64,000 bases of DNA from Dendrobates tinctorius (lineage: Eukaryota), in assembly GCF_039654945.1 (NCBI RefSeq), contig NW_027361785.1, positions 14,260,001 to 14,324,000 of the forward strand, written 5' to 3'. The translations under genes were made by a program, and so were the position numbers. Positions 23,747 to 35,940 of the stretch are shown one piece after another. Below the pieces are notes generated by a model. It searched no databases and was not told where the DNA came from. It saw only the letters and a list, made by a program, of their open reading frames with translations. Each line of letters opens with the position of its first letter. Position 1 is the stretch's first letter.

Positions 23747-24765
23747 TGTTGTGAACACTTTTGACCTGGCTTCTGAGTTTGGGCTCCCTCTGGTGGTTGC
23801 TGCGGGTAATGGAATAGAATGTAAGTCCGCAAGGACAGGGTCCTCTCCCCTCTGTACCAGTTTGTCATTGTAAATTTGTTGTGGAAACTTGTCTATTGTT
23901 AACGATATCTATAACTTTGTATGTAACCCCCTTCTCATGTACGGCACCATGGAATTAATGGCGTTATATAAATAAATAATAATAATAATAATGGAGCTGG
24001 TCTGGTTGACAAAAGTCAATCACCTGAAGAGGATGATTGGAGGTAAGGTGTTACAGACTGGGAAGATTTAAGTGAGCAACCTTCCCTCAGTTGTTGCTAG
24101 TGATTTGGTTTTCTTCCTGGCATTTTGGAAGTCTGCTTGCCCCCCTGCTTAGTCCTGCATCATTCAGATAAGTTATTTGTTTGCTGGAATCTTTTTGCAT
24201 TTGATCCAGTTTTTGCCTTTCTCTGATTTCTGCTTTGCTGGCGTGGGTTCAGCCTTGTTTCCTTACTGGGACCTGTGCTGGATCCCGTTCCATATGCCAG
24301 TATTGCTAATCCCCTGTTATATGAGTATCTTTTGTTTTGCTTCCAGTTCACACCAGAATTCTGATCTAGTGGGGGAGAGGTCGTGTGGCCTCAGTATTAT
24401 TGCATATCAGACGTGTTGGATTTTTCTTAGGGTTTTTTTGCGTGATTGCAGACAGTATCTTTCCTGTCCTATCTAGACAGTTTGGGCCCATCATTTGCTT
24501 ACTCTATTTTCTGCTTGTGTTTTGTGTCTCTTCTTGCCTCACCGGCAATATATGTTTGGGGGCTATCTATCCCTTTGGGGTTCTACTCCGGGGCAGTTTA
24601 GCTTTCCCCTTTCTTGCTGTGCCGAGGCGTCTAGGGAATCGTAGGTACGTCCCACGGCTAATTCTAGTGTTGTCAGTTTTAGGGGTCTGCAATCCGCTAA
24701 GTTACCAACCTTTCTGGTTGCCTAGCCTTTCCCTGGCTGTCCTCCTCGGTTCCCTAATCATAACA
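23747..24765. mobile_element. Solo LTR
   Basis: TGTTGTGA...TCATAACA, flanked by GTCACC/GTCGCC. Confidence 0.75.
23814..23988 (+). mobile_element. L2-type LINE 3' end with (AAT)n tail
   Basis: gaatgtaag..cagggtcctctcccctctgtacc..aataaa(taa)n; TSD TAATGGA. Confidence 0.7.
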
Positions 24766-26634
24766 GTCGCCGCTACGTGTCACACGTAGCGGAATCGCTG
24801 GCGAGGTCGCTGTTGCGTCACAAAATCTGTGACGCTTCAGCAATCTCGCTAACGAACTCGCTATGTGAGACGGGGCCTTAAGGTAAGTGGTTATCAGGCA
24901 TCCATCTACTCAAGGCCTTAATCTGCCCCGCAAGATAATAGAAATAGAAATCTGGCAGAGCCACCCCTCCCATCTGTTTAGATGTTTGCTAGGTAGATAA
25001 TTTAAGCTTGGGTCTGGTTTTCCCCCATATAAATGACGTGTGTAGAGAATTTAGATTTGCAAAAAAGGACTTAGGAATCACCACCGCACTGTGTTGGAGG
25101 GAATAACTAAGCTTAGGGAGCAAAATCATCTTAATAAGGTTTATACGACCAGCGACGAATAACGGGAGTTTACTCCAAGATGCAAATTTAAGCCTAACAA
25201 GATCCAATAGTGGAAAAATATTAATTTTTGGGATATTAACCCCTTTACTACATTGGACGTAATATTCCGTCCGTGTGACCTGGGACCTAGGGACCACGCG
25301 ATCAGCGGTGCTCACGGGGGGGAGCGCCGCTAATCGCGGCTGGGTATCAGCTGATTATCACAGCTGACACCCGGCATTATGTGTCAGGGGCAGTCACGGA
25401 CCACCCCTGGCACATTAACCCCTGGCACACTGTGATCAAACATGATCGCAGTGTACCGGGGCATAGGAGAGAAGCGCGCAAGGAGGGGGCTCCCTTCATG
25501 CTTCCCTGCGACCCCCGGAGTGACGCGATGTGCTGCGTCACACCGAGAGTCCTCCTCCCTGCAGGCCCCTGGATCCAATATAGCCGCGGGGGCCTTCGGC
25601 ATCCTGCAGGGAGGCGGCTTCCTCAGGAAGCATGCAGCAGAGCCTGTCAGATCGCTGATCTGACACAGCGCTGTTCTAAGTGTCAAACCAGCGATCTGAC
25701 AAAAGACAGTGATGTCCCTCCAGGGACAATATAATAAAGTAAAAAAAAAAACACTTGTAAAAATAATTTAAAAAAAATATCAAAATAAATTTAAAAAAAT
25801 AAAAATATTCCCTAATAAATTCTTTTTTTCTAAATAAAAAAATAAACAATAAAAGTACACATATTTAGTATCGCCGCGTCTGTAACGACTCGCCATATAA
25901 AATTGTCCCACTAGTTAACCCCTTTAGTGAACCTCATCAAAAAAAGCAAAGTGAAAAACAATGCTTTATCATCATACCAACGAACAAAAAGTTCAATAAC
26001 GCGCTATCAAAAAGACGTATATAAATACCCATGGTACCGCTGAAACATCATCTAGTCCCGCAAAAAACGAGCTGCCACAAAGCGTCATCAGTGAAAAGAT
26101 AAAAAAGTTATAGCTTGCAGAATAAAGCGATGCAAAATTATTTTTTATACAAAATTGGTTTAATTGTATAAAAGCGCCAAAACATAAAAAAAGACATAAA
26201 TAAGGTATCGCTGTAATCGTACTGACCCGAAGAATAAAACCGCTTTATCAATTTTACCACACGCAGAACGGTGTAAACGCCCCCCAAAAGAAATTCATGA
26301 AATGCTGGTTTTTGTTCATTCTGCGTCTCAAAAATCGGAATAAAAAGCGATCAAAAAAAGTCACATGCCCGAAAATGGTACCAATAAAAACATCAAATCT
26401 TCCCGCAAAAAATAAGACCTCAAATGACTCTGTGGGTCAAAATACGGAAAAATTATAGCTCTCAAAATGTGGTGATGCAAAAACTATTTTTTATAATAAA
26501 AAACGTCTTTTAGCGTATGACAGCTGTCAAACATAAAAACCCGCTATAAATAGTAAATCAAACCCACCTTTATCACCCCCTTAGTTAGGGAAAAATAATG
26601 AAATTAAAAAAATGTATTTATTTCCATTTTTCCA

Positions 26635-26720
26635 TTAGGGTTAGGGCTAGGGTTAGGGCTAGGGTAAGGGTTAGGTCTAGGGCTGAGATTAGGGTTAGGG
26701 GTGTGTTGGGGTTAGGGGTG
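26635..26720 (+). repeat. Degenerate (TTAGGG)n telomere-like tract
   Basis: ttagggttagggctagggttagggctagggtaaggg..., about 11 hexamers. Confidence 0.9.
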
Positions 26721-28335
26721 GAGTTAGAATTGGGGGGTTTCCACTGTTTGGGCACATCAGGGGCTCTCCAAACACAACATAGTGTCTGATCTCAACTCCA
26801 GCCAAAAAAGTCAAATGGCGCTGCTTCCCTTCCGAACTCTGCCATGCGCCCATATATGGGGTATCAGCGTACTCAGGACAAATTGCACAATAACTTTTGG
26901 TGTCCTGTTTCCCTTGGGAAAATAAAAATTGTGGGTGAAAAGATCATTTTTGTGCAAAAAATATGATTTTTTAATTGTACAGCTGTACGTTATAAACGTC
27001 TGTGAAGCCCTTGGGGGTTCAAAGTTCTCACCACACCTCTAGATAAGTTCCTTGGGGTTCTAGTTTCCAAAATGAGGTCACTTGTGGGGAGTTTCCAATG
27101 TTTAGGCACATCAGGGGCTCTCCAAACGTGACAGGGCGCCCAATCTCAATTCCAGCCAATTTTGCGTTGAAAAAGTCAAACGGCGCTCGTTCCCTTCCGA
27201 GCTCTGCCATGCGCAGAAACCGTGGTTCCCCCCACATATCAGGTATCAGCGTACTCAGGACAAATTACACAATAACTTTTGCTGTCCAATTTCTCCTGTT
27301 ACCCTTGGTAAAATAAAAAAATTGGACCTAAAGTAATTTTTTTTGTGAAAAAAAGTTAAATGTTCATTTTTTTTAAACATTCAAAAAATTCCTGTGAAGC
27401 ACCTGAAAGGTTAATAAACTTCTTGAATGTGGTTTTGAGCACCTTGAGGGGTGCAGTATTTAGAATGGTGTCACTTTTGGGTATTTTCTATCATATAGAC
27501 CCCTCAAAGTGACCTCAAATGTGATGTGGTCCCTAAAAATAAAAAGATTTTGGTTCCAAAATTGTGCTGATGTAAAGTAAATATGTGGGAAATGTTACTT
27601 ATTAAGTTTTTTGTGTGCCATATCTCTGTGATTTAAGGGCATAAAAACTCAAAGTTGGAAAATTGCGAATTTTTCAACATTTTCACAAAATTTCCATTTT
27701 TTTCACAAATAAACACAAGTTATATGAATGAAATTTTACCACTAAGGCCGGGGTCACACTGGCGAGGAATACGGATGAGTGAGAGGCGTTAAAAGCACGC
27801 ATTACACACGGACCACTGATTCTCTATGGGGCAGCTCCCATAAGCCGTATATTTCTCGTCTGTATTCTACGGTCCGTGCCAATCGCAGCATGCTGCGATT
27901 GTCAGCGTGCTATGCCCGTAGTATGCCAATGCAAGTCTATGGGTGCGCTAAAAATACGCATTACACACGGACAAGATGTGTGACTTGCGAGAAATACGCA
28001 CCCAGTGTCCTTTAGAAAAGCCGGCAATTCAGAGTGCGATACAGTAAAATCACACTGACAGGTTTAATAACACAAACGAAAGAATAGATATAGACACATA
28101 TAATACATACATATATATATATATACACATGTCATTGAGACACATTGTTAGCGCGGGTGGTCTGGAGCGGGAAACTCCGAGAGTGGACCCTCTGGACCGT
28201 GGCACCGAGGGGCCCCGGGCGAGCTGCCAGGTGGAACCGACCCCTATACAGGGACCGTTAGGAGCAGGCCCAGGGGTTCGAGTACCACGGTAGCCGGTAC
28301 CGAGAGGGGCGGCTCAGGATGGACCGGAGTAAGAC

Positions 28336-28625
28336 TGAGACTGGAGTAGGACGGCAGGAACACTGAAGGCAGGACTGGAGTAGGACGGCAGGAACACTGA
28401 AGGCAGGACTGGAGTAGGACGGCTGGAACACAAGACAGGACTGGAGTAGGACGGCAGGAACACTAGGCAGGACTTGAGTAGGATGGCAGGAACACAAGGC
28501 AGGACTGGAGTAGGACGGCAGGAACACAAGGCAGGACTGGAGTAGGACGGCAGGAACACTAGGCAGGACTGGAGTAGGACGGCATGAACACAGGGCAGGA
28601 CTGGAGTTGGACAACAGGAACGCTG
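28336..28625. repeat. 30/32-bp tandem repeat inside the LTR (also 34154-34443)
   Basis: ggcaggactggagtaggacggcaggaacac(a/t)a x ~9. Confidence 0.9.
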
Positions 28626-28803
28626 ATAGCAGGACTGAGAAGCTGCTGTGAGGAGCAGCCGAGACTGGAACTGCAGGAGCAGAGTGTGCACGATGGAGCG
28701 AGGCCAGAGTGTCAGGAAACACAACGATCAGGCGCCTCCCTCAGGGGGAAGCGGCCTGATATGGCCCCGTCTGGTCAGCCATTGGTCCAAAGGTGCTTCC
28801 GGG

Positions 28804-31800
28804 TCAGGGCACAGCCAGAGCATAAGAAGCAGGAAGGAGGCGTGGCCGCGGCCTATGGCGCATGCGCATAGCATGCAGGGAAGGCATCGGTCGCAGACCT
28901 GTCTCAGGTGACCGTCGCGGCCGTTGGGTGGAGAGAGGCTGCGGCATGGGAGCGGAGGGCGACTGCGGTGTGGGAGCGGAGGCCGGGTGAGTATGGCGGA
29001 GCGGTGTAACAGTACCCCCTCCCCTAAGCCGCCCCCCACGGAGGTTAACAAGAAACCTCTTGAGGATACGGGGAGCATTAATATTCTCCCGAGGCTCCCA
29101 GGATCTCTCCTCAGGACCAAAACCCTTCCAATCAACGAGAAAGAAAGTCCTACCTCTAACCCTTTTCACAGCGAGGATGTCCTGCACTTCAAAAACGTCG
29201 TCGGCACCCACCGGCTGAGGACCAAGATCAAGCGAGGAATGGAAACGATTCAGCACCACAGGCTTCAGGAGAGAGACGTGAAAGGTGTTCGGGATCCGGA
29301 GCGAAGCAGGCAACCTCAATTTGTAGGCGACTTCGTTAATACGTCCCATAATTTCAAACGGACCGATGTAGCGTGGGCCCAACTTGTAGGAGGGCAGTTT
29401 TAACCGGACAAATTTGGAGGAGAGCCAGACCTTGTCGCCAACACGATACGGAGGAGAATCCAACCTCTTTTTGTCTGCATAGTTCTTCATCTGATCCGCG
29501 GATCTCTTGAGTGATGTGTTGGTCTCAGCCCAAATCTTAGAAAATTCCGAGGACAAGGCATTGGCCGCGGGTAACTCAGAGGCAGGAGTTATCGGAAGAG
29601 GAACACCAGGATGTCTGCCAAAAACAATGAAAAACGGAGACTTGGCCGAAGACTCACCAGCATGGTTGTTATAAGCGAACTCTGCCCAGGGGAGTAAGTT
29701 GACCCAATCGTTCTGGTGGGCGTTAGAGAAGTGACGTAAGTATCCCGTAAGCGTCTGGTTGGTATGCTCTACAACAAAAACAAAGAAAAAGATAGGCCAT
29801 AAAAGGGGGATCACTACAAACCAGGAGATAGCGTTTAGAAGCAAATTTTATTGGACATGAATGCACCAACACACACATTTAAAAACATTTAAAAGTCATC
29901 CATGTGACATAGCTATAACAACCCTAGGCTCATAATACAGCCTGCAACCTATAGCAATACTCCAAAAAAGATTGTGCAAGTGTCAGCCAAATGATCATAA
30001 AAACAGCATACCAAATAGTGGTTAACAGTATAAAATGCCCTACCAAGGATACAAAAAACCATATATTATATCTGATCTGAACCTCTGAACCCTGCAAGGC
30101 AAAAGTCAGCAAGATGACAAATAATCACAAGAGCCATACACACTAGAAATATATATGAACAGTGACAAAATGGAACAATGAGTCACTGAGATCACAAAGA
30201 TACATGCAGATGGAGTGCATATGGGTTCAGGAATGAGGTCATGATAGTTAGTTAGTTACCACTAGGATAGCTGTTCAGATATACAGGTGTTAGAACCACA
30301 GGCTAGAAAAAACACTCATGTTAGATTCCATGAGGAAAATAGTACTACATATAAAGACCCATATGGAGTAGAGCCAAGTGCAATGTATGCCCGACGCGTG
30401 TCATCACCCGTAGTGGCTTCGTCATGGTACGCTCTACTTGTCCGTTGGACTGTGGATGGTAGGCCGAGGAGAAGTCGAGGGAAACGTTCATGAGCTTACA
30501 AAGCGAAGGCCAGAACTTGGAGGTAAACTGAACCCCTCGGTCAGACACAATGCGTCGAGGTAGTCCATGAAGCCTGAAGACTTGATGAATGAAGATTTCG
30601 GCCAGCTCTGGCGCTGAGGGAAGACCGGGCAGAGGGATGAAGTGAGCCATCTTGGAAAAACGATCCACCACCACCAGAATGACTGAGCAGCCCGCAGAGC
30701 AGGGTAGGTCGGTGATGAAATCCATGGCGATGTTCTCCCAAGGAACCGTAGGGACAGGCAATGGAAGCAACAAGCCGGACGGAGATCTCCGTGGCACTTT
30801 GTTTTTTGCACAGGATGGACAAGAAGCCACAAAGTCGAGTACATCTTGGCGAAGTGAGGGCCACCAGTAGTGGCGCTTGATAAGGTCAAGGGTCTTCTTA
30901 GTTCCGGCATGGCCGGCCAGTTTGGAGGAGTGCCCCCATAGAAGAACCTTTCGCTTGAGATTCTCTGGCACAAGCGTCTTGCCAGGTGGAGGAGTGAGCC
31001 AGTTCACCGGAGCCATGGTGATGATCCTAGTGGGATCAATGATATGCGACGGTTCCTCCGTGGATTCGTGTGGCTGGAAGACCCTGGACAGGGCGTCGGC
31101 TTTGGAATTCTTGTTGCCAGGACGGAATCGGAGCTCGAAATCAAATCGGGCAAAAAATAAAGACCATCTGGCCTGGCGAGGGTTTAGTCCCTGGGCGGAC
31201 TGGAGATAGGCCAGATTCTTGTGGTCCGAGAAGATGACAAAAGGATGGACAGCTCCTTCCAGGAGGTGGCGCCATTCCTCCAAGGCCAACTTGATGGCCA
31301 AAAGTTCCCGGTCACCGATCGAGTAGTTACACTCGGATGGAGAAAAGGCCTTCGAGAAGAAGCCACAAGGGTGCAGGCGACCGGAAGCGGTTCTCTGGGA
31401 CAGCACCGCCCCGGCACCAGTCGAGGAAGTGTCCACCTCGAGTACAAAAGGTCGGTCGCTCTCAGGGCAATGCAGGACCGGAGCCGTGGAGAAAGCCCGT
31501 TTTAGGGTCAGGAAAGCCTCCTCTGCCTCAGGAGACCAATCCTTGGAAGTAGACCCTTTACGGGTGAGTACAGAAATGGGTCTTGTGATCGCGGAGAAGT
31601 GGGAGAAAAATTGCCGGTAATAGTTGGCGAAACCGAGGAATCGTTGTATCGCCTTTAATCCGACGGGGCGAGGCCATTTGAGGATGGCAGACAGCTTCTC
31701 GGGATCCATCCTTAGACCAGCGTCGGAGATAATGTATCCCAGGAATGGCAGAGAGGTCTGTTCGAAGAGACATTTCTCGATCTTCGCATAGAGACGGTTC

Positions 31801-32916
31801 TCCCGAAGACGCTGAAGCACCAGGCGGACACTCTTTCTGTGGGACGAGAGGTCCGGCGAGAAGACGAGGATGTCATCTAAGTACACGACCACACAGGAGT
31901 ACAAGAGATCCCGGAAGATCTCATTGACAAACTCTTGAAAGACTGCAGGAGCATTGCAAAGACCGAAGGGCATGACCAGGTACTCGTAATGGCCATCTCG
32001 AGTGTTGAAGGCGGTCTTCCACTCGTCACCAGCACGGATACGGACCAGATTGTAGGCTCCTCTGAGGTCCAGCTTGGTAAAGACCCGAGCCCCTCTGAGA
32101 TGGTCAAACAGTTCCGGAATGAGTGGAAGAGGGTACCTGTTCTTGATGGTAATCTCATTCAAGCCCCTATAGTCAATGCATGGCCGTAGAGTTCCGTCCT
32201 TCTTTTTGACGAAGAAGAACCCGGCTCCCGCGGGCGAAGAGGATTTCCGTATAAAGCCTTTGGCGAGGTTCTCTCGGACGTACTCGGACATGGCGGTGGT
32301 CTCTGCGGGAGACAGAGGGTAGATTCTGCCCCTTGGAGGGGTTGTACCGGAAACAAGTTCAATTGGGCAGTCAAACGGCCGGTGTGGAGGGAGGACCTCC
32401 GCTTCCTTCTTATCAAAAATATCTGCGTAGGAGCTGTAAGCTGGAGGAAGGCCCGGGAGGTCTGGAGGTGACCGTGGAGCGGCGAGTCAGACAGCGAGCT
32501 TGGCACGGGTGCCCCCAGCGGAGTATCTCCCCAGAAGACCAGTCGAGAACAGGCTGATGAGTCCTTAACCATGGAAGACTGAGTAGAATGGCGTGAGAGA
32601 GCTTAGGTAAAACATAAAAGGCTATCTTCTCTCGATGTAAGGCTCTGATTTGCAACTCCACCTCCTCAGTGACCAAGGTGACGGTCACCTGTAGCGGTTT
32701 GCCATCCACGGTGGCAATCTGAATTGGGTTAGATAGAGTGACTACAGGAATTTGGTATTTGTCTACCTCTTCCGGCCGAATGAAGTTACCCGCTGAGCCC
32801 GAATCCACGTAGGCCACCTCGGAACCACGCCTCCCTCCTGAAACCAAAAGCACAGAAATCGTAAGGGGTTGAGAGGAATCATCATCACCTAGGAAGGCCT
32901 CTCTTACCTGACCTAG
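28804..32916 (-). pseudogene. pol: pol (protease, RT, RNase H, integrase, chromodomain), disrupted
   Basis: YVDSGS; RPCIDYRGLN, YLDDIL; EVDTSS; HHCC, IAMDFI, VSDRG, NGQVER; GPFEI; FLVDWKGFGPEERSWEP. Frameshift at ~32480 and insertion at 29773-30424. Confidence 0.95.
29773..30424 (-). mobile_element. 652-bp Penelope-like/retrozyme-like insertion in integrase
   Basis: 13-bp TSD TGGTA(T/C)GCTCTAC (29760-29772, 30425-30437); hammerhead-like 5' end; AATAAA near 3' end; non-coding. Confidence 0.65.
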
Positions 32917-32931
32917 GTGGAGTCGTTTCCC
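32886..32931 (-). promoter_or_regulatory. -1 programmed ribosomal frameshift signal (G GGA AAC + stem)
   Basis: Heptamer at 32931-32925 in gag register, 5-nt spacer, CACCTAGG/CCTAGGTG stem; -1 frame open into protease. Confidence 0.8.
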
Positions 32932-33950
32932 TGTCTCTTAGGACAGGTGCGGATATAGTGTGACGAATGACCGCAATAGAGGCACAGACCTTGTGCCCGT
33001 CTCTCTCTCTGACGTAACTCGGCCAACCCTAGATGATCTAACTGCATGGGCTCACCCGAAGAGAGGGAAGAGAATCCGACTGAACGGGAGCAGGCAGACT
33101 GGGTGAAAGGAGAAACTGACCTGGAGGAGCGCCTGTCTCTCGCTGACTCCCGAGCGCGCTCCAGGAAGCGCAGGTCAATGCGGGTAGCCAGCGAGATAAG
33201 ATCCTCTAAGGTGGACGGGGTATCTCGACCTGCGAGTTCATCCTTTATTTTACTAGAAAGACCGCGCCAGAATGCCCCCACCAAAGCTGCGTTATTCCAG
33301 CCGAGCTCGGAGGAAATAGTGCGAAAGCGAATAGCGTACTGTCTGACCGTGAGAGAGCCCTGGTGTAAGTTAAAGAGTGACTCACTGAGAGAGGCTAACC
33401 GACCCGGCTCATCAAAAACCTTACGAAACGTATCCAGGAAAACCGGGAGACTCGAAACGACCGGGTCGTCACGTTCCCAGAGCGGGTTTACCCAAGACAG
33501 GGCCTCTCCCTCCAGATGGGACATGATGAAGGCCACTTTGGCCCGGTCCGAGGGATATTGCTACGGCAGCCATTCAAAGTGGAGACTACACTGATTTAAG
33601 AACCCCCTACAGAGCTTGGGATCCCCGGTGAAACGAGGCGGCTTGGCGAGGCGGGGCGTCGGAGGAGCAGAAGACGCAGGGGGAAGAGTCGGCACTGCAG
33701 TGGCAGCCTGGAGGGCCGACAAGCGACTATCAAAGGAGGCCATGTAGGACAGAATGTGGGTTTGTGTATCTTGCTGCTGACCCAGCTCCTGTTGGAGACT
33801 GGCCAGCTGAGTGGCATTTCCAGGATCGGCCACCTGTAAGGCCGACAAACGGGTGTCCATGGACCTCATGACTGACATAATGTGCCCCTGATTCTCCCGT
33901 AGGAATAGCAACTCTTTCTGGGTAGCAGCCGTAGTACCGGCGGAGTCCAT
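32913..33950 (-). pseudogene. gag: gag (PEG10/RTL1-like capsid + CCHC knuckle) with one in-frame TAG at 33563-33561
   Basis: PPRFTGDPKLCRGFLNQC, FWRGLSSKIKDEL, CLYCGHSSHYIRTC. Confidence 0.93.
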
Positions 33951-35940
33951 GGCCTGATCGTACTGTTAGCGCGGGTGGTCTGGAGCGGGAAACTCCGAGA
34001 GTGGACCCTCTGGACCGTGGCACCGAGGGGCCCCGGGCGAGCTGCCAGGTGGAACCGACCCCTATACAGGGACCGTTAGGAGCAGGCCCAGGGGTTCGAG
34101 TACCACGGTAGCCGGTACCGAGAGGGGCGGCTCAGGATGGACCGGAGTAAGACTGAGACTGGAGTAGGACGGCAGGAACACTGAAGGCAGGACTGGAGTA
34201 GGACGGCAGGAACACTGAAGGCAGGACTGGAGTAGGACGGCTGGAACACAAGGCAGGACTGGAGTAGGACGGCAGGAACACTAGGCAGGACTGGAGTAGG
34301 ACGGCAGGAAAACAAGGCAGGACTGGAGTAGGACGGCAGGAACACAAGGCAGGACTGGAGTAGGACGGCAGGAACACTAGGCAGGACTGGAGTAGGACGG
34401 CAGGAACACAAGGCAGGACTGGAGTTGGACGACAGGAACGCTGATAGCAGGACTGAGAAGCTGCTGTGAGGAGCAGCCGAGACTGGAACTGCAGGAGCAG
34501 AGTGTGCACGATGGAGCGAGGCCAGAGTGTCAGGAAACACAACGATCATGCGCCTCCCTCAGGGGGAAGCGGCCTGATATGGCCCCGTCTGGTCAGCCAT
34601 TGGTCCAAAGGTGCTTCCGGGTCAGGGCACAGCCGGAGCATAAGAAGCAGGAAGGAGGCACGGCCGCGGCCTATGGCGCATGCGCATAGCATGCAGGGAA
34701 GGCATCGGTCGCGGACCTGTCTCAGGTGACCGTCGCGGCCGTCGGGTGGAGAGGGGCTGCGGCGTGGGAGCGGAGGGCGACTGTGGTGTGGGAGCGGAGG
34801 CCGGGTGAGTATGGCGGAGCGGTGTAACACACATATATTTATATTTCACAGAGTTCTTCATAGCAGAATAGCCACTATTTCAATTGCCGGCTTTTGTGAA
34901 ATCATTCCCCAAGCCGACATGAAATGACACATGTTTTACATACAGTAAAGCATTTCATTTCATGTGTTTTTTGTATGTCTTTCATTAGTAATTAGATGAG
35001 GGTTGATGTGTGAAATTTGGGAGGTGTAGGTGTTAATTTAAGGGGTTAATTCGTTGTTAAAAAATGTGTGGGCTCCCGCATTAAACCTGTCATAGGGCTC
35101 CCTTATATGTCCATTTTGCAAGCCTGCGAGAACATCTCGCCATACGGATTACATACGGATGCAGACATGCGCAAAATACGCGACCACACCTTGCTTACGG
35201 ATGACATACGGAGCACTGTTTAGGGGTCATTCATCCGTATTACGCCTGTAAACTACGGACCGTATTTTGCGTCGGTTAGTGTGACCCCGGCCTAACATGA
35301 AGTACAATATGTCACGAGAAAACATTGTCAGAATCACCAGGATCCATGGAAGCGTTCCAGAGTTATTACCTCATAAAGGGACAGTGGTCAGAATTGTAAA
35401 CATTGGTCCGGGCATTAACATGCAAACCACCCTTGGTAGTAAAGGGGTTAATTCCTATCAAGGTGGGCTCCTGGGTTGTAAGAGAGGGGTAACAAGGCTG
35501 ATTTCTCCCAGTTAATATATAGACCCGAGTATTTACTGAATTTATCAATGGTAACAATTACATATGGCAACGTTTCCACTGTTTTATTCATGAATATCAC
35601 CATGTCGTCGGCATAAAGGTCGATAGTATCTAGACGATCTGCTATGTTTATGCCCTTAATATTTAGAGAGGAACTTACGCAAATTGCCAAGGCCTCGATC
35701 GCAAGGGCAAAGAAGGCCGGGGAGAGGGGGCACCTCTGCCGTGTCCCTCTAAACAGAGAAAATGGTTCTGATGTAGAGTTATTTATGATTATACGAGCCT
35801 TAGGCTTTGCATATATATTGTGCTGATCCATCTTTGAAATCTATTACCAAAACCGTATTTCCGTATTACACGCAAGTAGGAAAGGCCATTCAAGGGAGTC
35901 AAAGGCCTTGGCAGCGTCTAACGACGCCAAAGCCCAGGTA

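Larger units (their letters stand above)
23436..24877. mobile_element. Harbinger-type non-autonomous element (left-truncated), interrupted by a solo LTR
   Basis: Right end GTGAGACGGGGCC|TTA; repeated cagcga/tcgctg motifs on both sides of the LTR. Confidence 0.65.
28146..34829 (-). mobile_element. Near-complete chromovirus (sushi/Amn-san-like) Gypsy; 5' LTR 33964-34829, 3' LTR 28146-29011
   Basis: 866-bp LTRs (~16 differences by eye), TSD CACAT, PPT 29015-29024, gag-PR-RT-RH-IN-chromodomain order. Confidence 0.97.
27746..35292. mobile_element. Harbinger-type non-autonomous element hosting the Gypsy
   Basis: Perfect 15-bp TIR GGCCGGGGTCACACT; TAA TSD; the empty site matches ~52338-52370. Confidence 0.9.
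25240..35447 (+). mobile_element. Complete piggyBac-type non-autonomous element (copy 2; ~2.7 kb without nested inserts)
   Basis: TTAA TSD (25236-25239, 35448-35451); perfect 12-bp TIR CCCCTTTACTAC; internal ~350-bp direct repeats; no transposase. Confidence 0.85.

Noticed and set aside
26635-26720. True telomere or chromosome fusion site
   Set aside because: Short, degenerate, single orientation, internal to a TSD-bounded transposon.
28258-28724. CRISPR-like array or repetitive ORFs (also 34076-34549)
   Set aside because: Head-to-tail units without unique spacers, inside LTRs; no cas genes; eukaryotic DNA.
32913-33950. Domesticated PEG10/RTL1 gene
   Set aside because: Flanked by near-identical LTRs and a TSD and carries nonsense and frameshift lesions, so it is an ordinary retrotransposon copy.
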